From Patescibacteria group bacterium (lineage in GTDB: Archaea > Nanobdellota > Nanobdellia > Pacearchaeales > GW2011-AR1): DNA of 61,873 nucleotides. Below the pieces are notes generated by a model. That model was given only the letters and a program-made list of their open reading frames with translations, was not told the DNA's origin and made no database searches. How positions within the stretch are numbered: the first letter of the stretch is position 1; the number at the start of each line of letters is the position of its first letter. This document shows, in pieces, positions 19,092-29,296 of the stretch. The DNA lies in the NCBI GenBank assembly GCA_019428815.1, contig JAHYJW010000004.1, positions 1 through 61,873 of the forward strand, read 5' to 3'. A program made the translations under genes and the position numbers.

Positions 19092-19439
19092 TTAAGGGCA
19101 AGTTATTCCGGGACAAGAAGCAATACCATAATGAGTATAATCCCCTTGAGAAAGTTCGTAACAAGTTTTTTCTACAAATTTTACTTCATCTCTATTCTCA
19201 TCTAATAAACCTTCAGCCCTTAATATGCGGTTTAAACCACAATAGTCATACTGATTTCCCATAGAACATGCTAATTGACAATTAGAAACAATCTGGTCTA
19301 CGTTATTTTTCTTAATAAAAGGATTTATTCTCTCCCACCCTAAACTAAATCCTAAAATAAGAATAACCAAAATTACTAAACCCATAATAATTAAAATTAT
19401 TGCGTCTGTACTAAGACCTTGACCTCTTTTATTCTCCAT
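19092..19439 (-). CDS. Type IV pilin, candidate major pilin
   Basis: NKRG|QGLS class III signal, hydrophobic helix, small six-Cys globular domain, own TATA box. Confidence 0.82.
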   Translation of the reverse strand: MENKRGQGLSTDAIILIIMGLVILVILILGFSLGWERINPFIKKNNVDQIVSNCQLACSMGNQYDYCGLNRILRAEGLLDENRDEVKFVEKTCYELSQGDYTHYGIASCPGITCP

Positions 19440-19501
19440 TAATTATTGAGCTCTTCCTTATTTAAAAATGTTTTTATTTAAAGAGATTAAAGATAAAAAG
19501 A

Positions 19502-19858
19502 TTAACCCCCATCTAATTCAAGGAAGAAGATTATATAAGAAGAATCCCTTATATCAGAATAAAAAACATAAGGACCATAAATATCACTTTCTATTAAACT
19601 AAAATACCCCCATTGACTATTTTCATAACCATCTATGATTATGTTCTTTATTTGGGTATTATTAAATCCTAAGTTTTGGTATAAAGAAATTTTCTCTTTT
19701 AAAAGGGTCATTTGTTCGATTCTCGAGACAATCTCAAAATTTCCCTTTGACTTATTAATTGAAATTAAAAAACTTATAAGAGTAAGCATACAAACTGTAA
19801 AAACACCAATAACAAGGATGGTTATAGGAACATTGCCTTTTTTTGATTTTATTATCAT
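19502..19858 (-). CDS. Pilin-like protein
   Basis: KKG|NVPITILVIGV signal + hydrophobic helix. Confidence 0.72.
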   Translation of the reverse strand: MIIKSKKGNVPITILVIGVFTVCMLTLISFLISINKSKGNFEIVSRIEQMTLLKEKISLYQNLGFNNTQIKNIIIDGYENSQWGYFSLIESDIYGPYVFYSDIRDSSYIIFFLELDGG

Positions 19859-19874
19859 TTTTTGAGTGTGCTTA

Positions 19875-20390
19875 TTATGAACAAAAAACTCTCACAAAAT
19901 AAACCCCATTAGAGAGGTAAATAGAGTCTCTATCACATTTATTTGAATCGGAATTTGATAAAACACCGAAAAATGCATTTGCTTTAAGACTATTGGGATA
20001 AGCGTTTCTTGAAAAAATTCCTGCCCAAGTATAAGGATAATTCTCCCCTATAAGGGTTTCATTAAAAATTTCTTTAGCTAAAGAGCCGGTAAATTCATTG
20101 AAATTTTTAGAGTCGCTTAATTCCTTAAAAATTTTTTTTCCTTCAGGGTCTTTTGTTAAAGTATATGCATAAAAAGATTTAGAATTAGGGGTATCCATTA
20201 ATCTTACTTTTGACATTACAGAATAATCTAGCTCTTTCCCCATAAAATCTTGAATGTATCCTCCCGCATTAGAGATAAAGATGAATATTAAAAGAATAGA
20301 GATTATTATAACAGTTGCAATAAACCAAGTTAAGGTTTCTCCTGTTTGTCCGTCTCTTTTAATTTTAAAAAATCTTTTCAAATTAAGCAT
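19875..20390 (-). CDS. Pilin-like protein
   Basis: KRDG|QTGETLTWFIATVIII. Confidence 0.75.
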   Translation of the reverse strand: MLNLKRFFKIKRDGQTGETLTWFIATVIIISILLIFIFISNAGGYIQDFMGKELDYSVMSKVRLMDTPNSKSFYAYTLTKDPEGKKIFKELSDSKNFNEFTGSLAKEIFNETLIGENYPYTWAGIFSRNAYPNSLKANAFFGVLSNSDSNKCDRDSIYLSNGVYFVRVFCS

Positions 20391-20901
20391 TTTTTTCTGT
20401 TTTTTTGATGATAGATAATATCTCTATCTGGTATTTAGTATTATTTTTATCTAAAGCATAAAAACTTCTTTTAGAACAAACCGGAAGATACTCTCCCTCT
20501 AAATCGCAAAAAGTAGTTAATCCTCTATCCCCCTGTTCAAAAGAGTCTATTTTTTCTCCGATAATATCAAAATTAAAGAGGTCTATCTTTAAATAAAATT
20601 GATCATTTTCTTTCCAATTAGAAAAATCTTCTACACTAAAATTTAAAGAACAAATCTTCTCAAAATTCTCTTTGAATTCCTCGCTAAAATGCCCCCCAGA
20701 GTTTATAAGGGAATCATTCAAATATCCTCCATAAGAAAGGCAGTCAGAAATCTTCACTATCAAAAGTTCTACTTCCATATTTCGAACATCGTAGGGTTTA
20801 TTATAAAAAGAAAGGACCATATAGATTATTCCTGCCGCTACTATAAAAATTATAAAAAACCAATAAACAGAAATTAACTTACCCCCATGTTTATACATCA
20901 T
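20383..20901 (-). CDS. Pilin-like protein
   Basis: KHG|GKLISVYWFFIIFIVAAG; DVRNMEVELL; overlapping operon junctions. Confidence 0.72.
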   Translation of the reverse strand: MMYKHGGKLISVYWFFIIFIVAAGIIYMVLSFYNKPYDVRNMEVELLIVKISDCLSYGGYLNDSLINSGGHFSEEFKENFEKICSLNFSVEDFSNWKENDQFYLKIDLFNFDIIGEKIDSFEQGDRGLTTFCDLEGEYLPVCSKRSFYALDKNNTKYQIEILSIIKKTEKNA

Positions 20902-21313
20902 TTTTTTTGTCTATTAAAAAAATATAGCCCTTGTTTAAATTTTCAGATTCTGGAGGAGGAGAAATTCTTCTTACGGATACATCATTAAAAAAAGAATAAC
21001 TATACCCCCCTTTTTCTCTAAGTTTTACAGTTACAATGTTATCCTTAATAGTCACTACTCCTTCATTAAGGTCTACCTTTTCTTTTTCAGCTATTTTTAT
21101 TGCATCTTCCATGTTTAAATAAATCTGCATCCCCGGTTCTGCTGCATCAATCATTAAAGCAATTTTCTTGGAGTAAATTTCTTCTAAATTTGCCCCAGAA
21201 CCAGTTTTAGAAAAAACAAAAACAATTAAAAGAGAAATAAAAACAATGTTTAAAATTATAAAGACGGTATCTTCAATTAAAAGTTCTGCCCCTTTCTTTT
21301 TATTTAAGTTCAT
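20891..21313 (-). CDS. Pilin-like protein
   Basis: KKKG|AELLIEDTVFIILNIVF. Confidence 0.75.
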   Translation of the reverse strand: MNLNKKKGAELLIEDTVFIILNIVFISLLIVFVFSKTGSGANLEEIYSKKIALMIDAAEPGMQIYLNMEDAIKIAEKEKVDLNEGVVTIKDNIVTVKLREKGGYSYSFFNDVSVRRISPPPESENLNKGYIFLIDKKNDV

Positions 21314-21360
21314 TTTAAATTTTATAAATGAGGAAATTTAATCCTGAATTTTACCAAAAC

Positions 21361-22128
21361 TTATCCTGATTTTGAGAGAATGTTATCGCACCCTAAAGAC
21401 GAATAACTTTCAGGGGTAGACTCTAAAATAAGGGGTTTAAGGTACATTGAATCTTCCCAAAACCCAACTATAGGATTATTATGAATACCTGTAATTATAG
21501 AATAATCCTTACTAAAATTAAAGGGGATATGTTCCAACTTGGGAAAGAGTCCTAATTCTATGATAATACCTAAATCATTTTCAGAGTATAAATAATCTAA
21601 ATAAGTTTGTGTAGATGTTTTGGGGGTTTCATTTAAATAATCATAAAGATTTCGGTAGTTTATTACAATTCCGGAATTTTGGATTTTTTCGTCAAATTCA
21701 ATAATAGAACAAACAGCACAGCTAGTTTTACTCGTAAAAATCGTTTCCGAAACATACTTTACTTCTCCTTCTCCAAACATCCACCAACAATCAACCATCT
21801 CTTTTGCAATAGCCTCTAAAATTTCTTTTTTAGGATTCTCCCCCCTAAGATTAATCTTGATAGTTGAAGAAGGATTTGTTTTTTGACATTTTCCTCCACC
21901 AGAGATACAAACAGAGGTGGTAGTACAATCTAAAGGGCCAGAAAAACCTCCAGATTGAGAATTTAAAATAACAGAATTATGGCAAACTTCTTTGAATGTT
22001 TTTCCCCCCAAATTTAACCTTAAAATTAAAAATAAAATTATTATAAAACTGACAATAATAACTATTATAGTCACAAGTTGCTTTGTTGTTAATTCTCCTC
22101 TTTTTGATAAAATTTTTTTAATTCTCAT
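21361..22128 (-). CDS. Cys-rich minor pilin
   Basis: KRG|ELTTKQLVTIIVII; CHNSV, MVDCWWMFGEG, CAVCS. Confidence 0.78.
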   Translation of the reverse strand: MRIKKILSKRGELTTKQLVTIIVIIVSFIIILFLILRLNLGGKTFKEVCHNSVILNSQSGGFSGPLDCTTTSVCISGGGKCQKTNPSSTIKINLRGENPKKEILEAIAKEMVDCWWMFGEGEVKYVSETIFTSKTSCAVCSIIEFDEKIQNSGIVINYRNLYDYLNETPKTSTQTYLDYLYSENDLGIIIELGLFPKLEHIPFNFSKDYSIITGIHNNPIVGFWEDSMYLKPLILESTPESYSSLGCDNILSKSG

Positions 22129-22141
22129 TTGGTCTCTTAAT

Positions 22142-22249
22142 TCAAAAACCCTCCCACCCTAATTTTTTTAAAAGCAGATAAATTCCTGCAAGAGCTAATG
22201 AAAACAAGATAATCCATATTAAATATCTTATCAAAGATTCTATGTCCAT
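22142..22249 (-). CDS. 35-aa single-helix mini protein in the pilin operon
   Basis: Manual ORF MDIESLIRYLIWIILFSLALAGIYLLLKKLGWEGF that fills the intergenic gap. Confidence 0.6.
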   Translation of the reverse strand: MDIESLIRYLIWIILFSLALAGIYLLLKKLGWEGF

Positions 22250-22260
22250 TTAAGTTTAAT

Positions 22261-22785
22261 TTACCCCCTTTTTTGAATAAGTTTACTTGTTTGATTTATT
22301 AATAATTCTATAGAAGGGGGGGTTATTTCTATTGAATTCTTTATCTTAAATCCATCAACCAGACTTAAACAAATACCATCTGATTCACAGCTGTCATGGG
22401 TTTCTTTTTTACAGATACACAAACATGATTCCCAGCCCATAGTCTCGCAAGTTAAGGGTATAACATTAGTTTGTTCTATAGATTCCCACTTTAACGTCAC
22501 CCAATTAAACAATTTTTTGGAGTAAGATTTAGGCCAAGAATGAATAAACCAATCTGTAGGATTATTAATTATGACTTTATCGTTTCCGTCTTGAATTGCC
22601 CCTAAAAGCTCAAGAAGAGAACCTTCTGCTTGTTGTATTTTAATAGAACTCCTCCTACTTGAATAAAGAGAGAATAATAAATATGCTAGAAATAATATAC
22701 AGATTACAGCTATGATTATTTTAAGAGTCTCTTCTGCGAGTAAAAAACCGTTCTTACTTCTAAGATTATCAATTTTCTTTTTCAT
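22261..22785 (-). CDS. Pilin-like protein
   Basis: KNG|FLLAEETLKIIIAVIC; Cys-rich CLCIC region. Confidence 0.75.
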   Translation of the reverse strand: MKKKIDNLRSKNGFLLAEETLKIIIAVICILFLAYLLFSLYSSRRSSIKIQQAEGSLLELLGAIQDGNDKVIINNPTDWFIHSWPKSYSKKLFNWVTLKWESIEQTNVIPLTCETMGWESCLCICKKETHDSCESDGICLSLVDGFKIKNSIEITPPSIELLINQTSKLIQKRG

Positions 22786-22786
22786 T

Positions 22787-22948
22787 TTATTTCAAAATTG
22801 ACAGGATTATATCAATGTTATTATCGCTACTCCTAAAGATTTCCATAAAATGGTCTCTAAAAAAGAAGGAAATTGCTAATACAATAACAACAAATACCAA
22901 AACACCGATGATAATTTTTATAAGATTCTGAATAGTTAGTTCTACCAT
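22787..22948 (-). CDS. 53-aa pilin-like mini protein without a basic leader
   Basis: Manual ORF MVELTIQNLIKIIIGVLVFVVIVLAISFFFRDHFMEIFRSSDNNIDIILSILK. Confidence 0.65.
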   Translation of the reverse strand: MVELTIQNLIKIIIGVLVFVVIVLAISFFFRDHFMEIFRSSDNNIDIILSILK

Positions 22949-22955
22949 TTTTTAT

Positions 22956-23153
22956 TTAAGGCCTTAAAATATCCCACAATTTATCTACTAAAGATACACC
23001 TTTACCCCTTAGTAATGCAATAGCCAAAATCAGTATTACTAAAACTGCTACTGCAATTAAAACCCAAGGTAAATAATCAGATATAATTCCCCTTTTACTT
23101 TTTATTTTAAAAAGTTCCCCTTTTAATTCTTTCAACATAAAAAAAAGAAACAA
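22956..23153 (-). CDS. Short pilin (helix only)
   Basis: KSKRG|IISDYLPWVLIAVAVLVILIL; the true start may be the downstream Met. Confidence 0.7.
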   Translation of the reverse strand: MFLFFMLKELKGELFKIKSKRGIISDYLPWVLIAVAVLVILILAIALLRGKGVSLVDKLWDILRP

Positions 23154-23221
23154 AGGAGTTTAATAAATTTATCTAATTCCTCTAAAATAAAATTAGGATT
23201 TTTATAAAAAAAATAAAAAAT

Positions 23222-25405
23222 TTAGAGTCCCCTTAGAACAATACTTACCAAAATAAAAAGAGTAAGGGTAGCAAAAAGTGCAGTAAAGAAATAAAGGCTT
23301 ATTGCAGAAATAAAAGTTTTTCCAAGACTATTCATTGTTTTTAATTGATCGTCTCCGGAATCTACAATTACTAAAGTTTTAGTTAAGATGTAGGTTATTT
23401 GAATTAAATATACTCCAACAATGATTTGAAGAAAATAAGGGGGAATCATTTGTGAAACTTCAAATATATCTAAAACGCCTCCCAAACCTCCCATGGCAGA
23501 TCCTGCTGCATCACCACTAAAATCTTCTAACTTTAATTTTGTAAGAATCTCTGTAATCATTGAAGCTAAACCAATAACAACCCCTGCAAGTAAAGGTGCA
23601 AGAAAACTCATGTAGGATTTCATGTCTGAGATTACTTCTGCAAGAAGGTCTCTAAGTCTTGCAGTAATCTTATGAATATTCCGAACATATTCCGAGATAC
23701 TCATTAAAGAGACAGTTGCAATATTCAAGCCCTTTTTCACAGATTCAACAAGAATTTTCATACTTATTGAAATTAAATCAGAAGGATAGTAAATTATTGC
23801 ACCCTTTTTAGTATCAAAAATAGCTTTTTCAACACTCATCCCCCCTTGTCTTATGTTGTAGTCTACCTTTCTAAAGAAATCTTCTGTTTTAAGTCCTTTA
23901 GAAGATTCTGCGGTTTTTCCAAAAACAATTTCTGGGGGAACCCCGTTTCCAATACGATTTCCTAATTGGAATAAAGAATTATTAAACTCTAGTTCTAATT
24001 GTTGGGTATTTTCTCTTTCAATAATTAACTCTTTTGTTTTTTCTTTAAACGCTGTGGAAAAGAAAACTACGATTCCTAATGGAAAAAACATTCCCAAAAT
24101 TAATGCCCCAACACCAAAGGGACCTTTGACACCTGCATTTGTTTCCATAATGCCAAAAAGGCTCCCTTCTCCAATAAATCCTAAACCTAATTCTAAAAAA
24201 GTATAATCTTTTTGAAGCCCCATCATTTCTGGGAAAGGAGTGTACTGAAAGATCAAAGGTAAAATACCTAAAATTATGAGGGGTAATGCTAAGAATAAAG
24301 ATTTAACATAAGGTTTTTTACTTTTATATTTATGATAAAGAGGGTTTTTTTCTAGTAAAGAACTATTACCATGTCCCCCAGGTCTTAAAAATGTCACTAA
24401 ATCAGTTCTGTATAAAACAAGGAGGGGAATTAAAATGTTAAATAAAAGAAAAACGTGTGTCCATCTTATCATTCCCCCGAGCATTGCACTTGCAAGAGGT
24501 AAAAGAACCAGTCCTAAAGTTGGGAGTATAATTCCCAACATGTAAATATTTGTTAAAGGACTTTTAACATCATGAGTAAATTTTAACATTTTTTCATAAA
24601 CCCCATCAAGGACTACTTTCAAAGCCTTTTCTAGAGTTTGAATTCTTCTTGTATCATCCGGTTCATATAAGCTACCCTCAATTAAGTGAAAAGACTCTAT
24701 AAATTCACTAGAATAATCTCTCCAATTTTCGAGATAACTATCTAAACTTTCTTTTATAGAAGAAAATTTACCGACTTGAACATCATAAAAAACTTTTTTT
24801 AAATCCAAAGCGAGAGGATATTGTAGGTGTTGTGACGCAAAGGCTATAGCTCTTTCTAAATTAGGGGTGTGTCTCATATAAACAACAACATAAAGAATTG
24901 CAGAGACCATTTGACTACTTGCTTTCAAGCGCCATTTGTTTGCAATTCTTGCTGGATATGCTTTCATAAAGAAAAAAAGAAAAAAAGAGATAATGACAGT
25001 CATAAAAAAGAACAACAAGGGAAAAGCATCTAAATCCCCCTGAATTAAAACAAAAGAAATAGAAATGAATAATCCTAAAAGAAACACTCCCAAAAAAGAC
25101 ATTACTGACAGAGTTAAAGGTTGCCAAGGTTCTAAATCTAGGTGAGAGATTTCTAAACTTTTTTTAATTTGAACAGTGTCTTTTTCAGAAAAATTCATTT
25201 TTATGATATTACCTAAACTCTTACACCATCTTTCATAACGAGATATAGATGGAATCATCTCTTTCCTAAACTTAGTATATTCCTGACTATAACTTTTAGG
25301 GGACATGGCAAAAGAGGTATTTGTTGTAGAAATCTTAGATTTTATTTTATCTCCATATTTCTTCAAAATATCATCAACATTTTTATCTGAGGTATTCATC
25401 ATCAC
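23222..25405 (-). CDS. Type IV pilus membrane platform protein (TadB/TadC/ArlJ-like)
   Basis: Polytopic, with two GspF-like cytoplasmic domains (PNLERAIAFAS; FQLGNRIGNGVPPE); adjacent to the ATPase. Confidence 0.8.
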   Translation of the reverse strand: MMMNTSDKNVDDILKKYGDKIKSKISTTNTSFAMSPKSYSQEYTKFRKEMIPSISRYERWCKSLGNIIKMNFSEKDTVQIKKSLEISHLDLEPWQPLTLSVMSFLGVFLLGLFISISFVLIQGDLDAFPLLFFFMTVIISFFLFFFMKAYPARIANKWRLKASSQMVSAILYVVVYMRHTPNLERAIAFASQHLQYPLALDLKKVFYDVQVGKFSSIKESLDSYLENWRDYSSEFIESFHLIEGSLYEPDDTRRIQTLEKALKVVLDGVYEKMLKFTHDVKSPLTNIYMLGIILPTLGLVLLPLASAMLGGMIRWTHVFLLFNILIPLLVLYRTDLVTFLRPGGHGNSSLLEKNPLYHKYKSKKPYVKSLFLALPLIILGILPLIFQYTPFPEMMGLQKDYTFLELGLGFIGEGSLFGIMETNAGVKGPFGVGALILGMFFPLGIVVFFSTAFKEKTKELIIERENTQQLELEFNNSLFQLGNRIGNGVPPEIVFGKTAESSKGLKTEDFFRKVDYNIRQGGMSVEKAIFDTKKGAIIYYPSDLISISMKILVESVKKGLNIATVSLMSISEYVRNIHKITARLRDLLAEVISDMKSYMSFLAPLLAGVVIGLASMITEILTKLKLEDFSGDAAGSAMGGLGGVLDIFEVSQMIPPYFLQIIVGVYLIQITYILTKTLVIVDSGDDQLKTMNSLGKTFISAISLYFFTALFATLTLFILVSIVLRGL

Positions 25406-25475
25406 TCTTTATTTTTTAGTTCAATAGAAGTAAAGAATTTTACTTAATAAATTTTGGGATAAGGACATTGTGATA

Positions 25476-27788
25476 TTACAATTTCCTTTTTTTAATCTCT
25501 TGATTAAGCCATTTTTGCCATTCTGAAAAAACTCTATCTCCTACCGGCAACCCAATCTCTTGCCTAATTTCATCTGAAATTCTATGGAAAACTTGATTAG
25601 ATAAAGTACTGAATTCTGCTTCTAAAATACGAGGGTTGTTTATTTGATCGGATTTTTTAACAAGTTCTTCCTTTATCCTAGATCTTAATTGAATATTATC
25701 CCAAACTGCATCCCAGTTTCCTGCCCACCCCTTAACGTCTGCAGCAATGTTTTTTATAATCTCCGAATCTCCGTTAATAAGATCCTCTGTTGGTTCAAGT
25801 TGATCTGTTTCAACATTGTATCTAAGAAGGTCTACAAACCCTTTTTCTTCGAGTGGATCCTCCTTCCAATGTTTTCTTACTTCAGATATACTAACTAATC
25901 TCTTAAAAGAATGTAATCCATCTGGGGTTTTGATGGGATTAGCAACAGCGATTATATCTGTAGCCTTAAAACTTGTAGCAGGAACTTCAAGGTCATTAAC
26001 AACTCTATCAAAAACCCCATAAGGACTAGCCCCATGAATAGTTCCCGCAACAACATTTGCTAAAGCTCCGACCCTCATAGCTTCATAAAGTGCTTGGGCT
26101 TCAACACTCCTTACCTCTCCAATTATCAAACAACTATCACCTAATCTTAAGGAGGTTCTAATTCCATCATCTGCAGAAACTTCAGTTGTAGTCTTCAATA
26201 AAGCAGATCTAACCTTCATTCTTAAAACATCATATTTCAGTTTTCTCAAAGATTCAACAGGTAACTCTAAAGAATCTTCTATGATAATAATCCTATATTT
26301 AGGGATTATTTCTAACATTAAACTTCCTAAAAGACTGGTTTTACCACTGGATCTTGTTCCAGCAACAAGCATTGTCCTTGAACCATCAATTAAAAAACTA
26401 AGAAGTCCAGAAGCGAGAGGATTCATCATCTTATTTTTTAAAAAAAGAGGAAAAGTCCAAGGCTCTTCTCTGTGTCTTCTAACAGAATAAGCTAATCCAT
26501 CAGGACTTAAGGGTTCTTGAATAATTGCAATTCTAGCCCTAATTTTACCTATCTCTAGTTGAGTATCCAAAATAGGATTTGATTCATCTAAAGGTCTCCC
26601 TGAGACCAACCGGAATTTTGATGCCCAGGATTCAACATCTTCCTGACTGGGCAAAACATTTGTAATACATTCATCAAATTCTTGATGACGAACAAAAACA
26701 GGAATCATCGAAATTGGAGCATTAAGAGAAATATCCTGTAAGTTTTTATCTTGTAGTAAAACTTCTAAAAGCCCAAAACCAATCGTATGCCTAACTAAAA
26801 TCATAGCCAGTTTATTTAAGTCTAGATAACTAACACGAATTCCTTTTGCCTTTGCAAGGTCTTGTAAAAGATCTTTAGCTATATTAAAAAAAACTTGTCT
26901 TGTTCTCTCGGGGTCTGTAAACTCCTCAGCTTTAGGTTGATGTTCCACCAAAACCCCTCGAGCTAAATTCAGAAGCATGTTATGATCCTCACTTAAAGAA
27001 TTTTCTGGAGGAACTAGGTGATAAAGAAATTTGGGGTCGTTTTTATTTTTTAAAATTGTAACCACAGAAACATCATATTCGTTATTTGAAATTTTATACT
27101 GATCAATCATTTCAGCCTCTTCAGGAAGGTCTGAAACAAGACGAGTAAAAGTAAAATTGGGAATTACATCTGGTTTAAAGAGTTTATAATAAATTTGCCG
27201 ATCTCCTTTTCGATAACCTTCTAGATAAGGTGCAGCATCTCTAAAAAATTTAGATTTTTCAATCATTCCCAGTATTCTCTCTAAGAGATGTAAATAAATA
27301 GAATAATCTAGTCTTGAAGAAACATCCACTTTTTCTATTAAGATTCTATTCTGAATTATTAGTCTTCTTAATTGTGAATAGGCTCCGAAGGGGTCTCTTC
27401 TTAAAAGAATCAAAAACGAGAACATCTCGTTATATCTTTTTGGAAAAAGTTCTTCTTTATTTCTTATTAACTTTTCTCTAGAGAGGATTTTTTCATGCTT
27501 AGAAAGGTAATTATAAATATACGCAATTTCTAGAAGATAGTTAGTTTCATTAGTATCATAATTATAGTTTTTTTGTTGCACAAAAACAACTCTTGAGACA
27601 TTTGGATTTTCTATCAACACCTGGATTGTCCTTTCCATGACTTCATGAGAGTCTGCTATATTTGGAACAAAAGGTGCACCAAGGTAGTTAATATACAAAA
27701 CATCTTCACCACCTTCTCTTTTAACTTCATAAGAATAAATTGGTTTTTCATCTGGATTCTGAACCAAATTTTTTTCTTTCTCAACCAT
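25476..27788 (-). CDS. Type II/IV secretion (pilus assembly) ATPase, CpaF/ArlI family
   Basis: Walker A AGTRSSGKTS, Asp box IEDSLEL, Walker B LIIGEVR, His box GTIHG. Confidence 0.93.
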   Translation of the reverse strand: MVEKEKNLVQNPDEKPIYSYEVKREGGEDVLYINYLGAPFVPNIADSHEVMERTIQVLIENPNVSRVVFVQQKNYNYDTNETNYLLEIAYIYNYLSKHEKILSREKLIRNKEELFPKRYNEMFSFLILLRRDPFGAYSQLRRLIIQNRILIEKVDVSSRLDYSIYLHLLERILGMIEKSKFFRDAAPYLEGYRKGDRQIYYKLFKPDVIPNFTFTRLVSDLPEEAEMIDQYKISNNEYDVSVVTILKNKNDPKFLYHLVPPENSLSEDHNMLLNLARGVLVEHQPKAEEFTDPERTRQVFFNIAKDLLQDLAKAKGIRVSYLDLNKLAMILVRHTIGFGLLEVLLQDKNLQDISLNAPISMIPVFVRHQEFDECITNVLPSQEDVESWASKFRLVSGRPLDESNPILDTQLEIGKIRARIAIIQEPLSPDGLAYSVRRHREEPWTFPLFLKNKMMNPLASGLLSFLIDGSRTMLVAGTRSSGKTSLLGSLMLEIIPKYRIIIIEDSLELPVESLRKLKYDVLRMKVRSALLKTTTEVSADDGIRTSLRLGDSCLIIGEVRSVEAQALYEAMRVGALANVVAGTIHGASPYGVFDRVVNDLEVPATSFKATDIIAVANPIKTPDGLHSFKRLVSISEVRKHWKEDPLEEKGFVDLLRYNVETDQLEPTEDLINGDSEIIKNIAADVKGWAGNWDAVWDNIQLRSRIKEELVKKSDQINNPRILEAEFSTLSNQVFHRISDEIRQEIGLPVGDRVFSEWQKWLNQEIKKRKL

Positions 27789-27902
27789 TTCATAATAAAA
27801 AACGTCTTAGTTTAAAGAGTTTTTGTAAAAAAATTTGATAACTTAGAATATATATCAATAGTAAACACAAAGAAATTTAAACTCCCCTAACTTTAGCCAT
27901 TT

Positions 27903-28250
27903 ATGGCAGAAAAACAGGCGGTATATGAGAATCCTTTTATCGGAGAAACTAACACTAAAATAAGAGATTTAGAAGAAAAAAATATTCTCTTAAAAGATAG
28001 ATTATTGCTTGTTGGTCAAAATCTCATTGAAATAAAAGAAAAAACAAATTCAGAAATACTTGAAATAAAAAAGGACATTGAGATTATAAAAAGAAGTATG
28101 GAAAGACTCACATCTTTTTTAGAAACTGTTTCTTCAGAATTTTCAAAATTTGCGAGAAAAGAAGATTTAGAGATTTTATCTAAACAAGCTAAAATGTTTC
28201 AACCTCTAGAATTTGTAAGAAAAAAAGATTTAAAAAAAATAAAGGGATAA
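27903..28250 (+). CDS. Coiled-coil hypothetical protein
   Basis: Heptad-rich; FARKEDLEIL; divergent from the ATPase; TATA upstream. Confidence 0.7.
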   Translation: MAEKQAVYENPFIGETNTKIRDLEEKNILLKDRLLLVGQNLIEIKEKTNSEILEIKKDIEIIKRSMERLTSFLETVSSEFSKFARKEDLEILSKQAKMFQPLEFVRKKDLKKIKG

Positions 28251-28257
28251 TATTAAA

Positions 28258-29247
28258 ATGGGTGCATTAGAGCAAGTTATTAATTTAAAGAGAAATGGTT
28301 TTTCTGAAAATGAAATTGCTATGAGGTTAGGAGAACAAGGGTTTTATCCTCAACAAATTAATGACGCTTTAAATCAAGCAAGGATAAAAGAAGCAGTTTC
28401 TTCTGGTGCAGAAATGGAAATGGGAGTTGGTCAAGAAGGAATGGAACAATCGGTGGGAACAGGATTAGAGGAAAGTTATGCACCAACAAGTCATACAACA
28501 AACGCAGAAATTCCTGATGAAAGTTTAACACCCCCCCAACCAAGTTCAAGGTTTGGTCCAGGAGCTTTTAAAGGCCCGATGAGGAGAGACTATTCCGAAA
28601 GAGATATTCCTTGGCCAGAAAGAGAAGGGGGCGATGATTATGCTCAAGATTATGGATCTGAAGGAGATTACGATTATCCGGAAAATCAAGAACAGGGGTA
28701 TCCAGAATCCAATTATCCCTCTAACGAACAATCATCTGATTATGAAGAATATCCTGAAGATTATGAAAATTATTCTCAACAAGATTATCCTCCACAAGAT
28801 TATGAAGGGGGAGGTGAAGAAACCGGGGAATATTCTCCTCAGAGTTATGAATATCAAGAATATCCCCAAGGATCTTCTGTTGGGGACACAGACATTACTA
28901 TAGAAATTGCAGAACAAGTATTTTTAGATAAATCAAAAAAAATTCAAGAACAATTAGACAAGTTAAATGAATTTAAGACAACAACTCAAACAAAAGTGGA
29001 TAATATATCAGATAGATTAAAAAGAATAGAGGCTAATATCGACTCACTTCAATCTGAAATTCTTGAGAGAGTAGGAGCTTATGGGAGAGGTCTTGATGGA
29101 GTTAAACAAGAAATGAGTATGATGCAAGACTCTTTTGGAAAAGTTGTTAATACCCTTGCAGATAAATCTGAAAAAAAACTTGTGAGAAGAACTAGAAGAA
29201 CCAAAAAAAGAAAAGTGCCTAATAAAACAAAAAAGAATAAAAAATAA
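28258..29247 (+). CDS. Protein with helical N-domain, acidic Y/E/Q/P-rich linker, coiled coil and basic tail
   Basis: Composition of the translation; follows the upstream gene after a 7-nt gap. Confidence 0.72.
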   Translation: MGALEQVINLKRNGFSENEIAMRLGEQGFYPQQINDALNQARIKEAVSSGAEMEMGVGQEGMEQSVGTGLEESYAPTSHTTNAEIPDESLTPPQPSSRFGPGAFKGPMRRDYSERDIPWPEREGGDDYAQDYGSEGDYDYPENQEQGYPESNYPSNEQSSDYEEYPEDYENYSQQDYPPQDYEGGGEETGEYSPQSYEYQEYPQGSSVGDTDITIEIAEQVFLDKSKKIQEQLDKLNEFKTTTQTKVDNISDRLKRIEANIDSLQSEILERVGAYGRGLDGVKQEMSMMQDSFGKVVNTLADKSEKKLVRRTRRTKKRKVPNKTKKNKK

Positions 29248-29296
29248 GAAGTATCAAAATCTTTTTAAAAAAATAAACCAGATTTCTTAATTTTTA

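Noticed and set aside
19092-27788. Archaellum operon
   Set aside because: No archaellin-like sequences or ArlH/ArlF/ArlG genes are recognisable.
28620-28870. GATTAT/GAATAT-rich quasi-repeats
   Set aside because: Explained by the DY/EY-rich low-complexity protein linker; not a DNA-level element.
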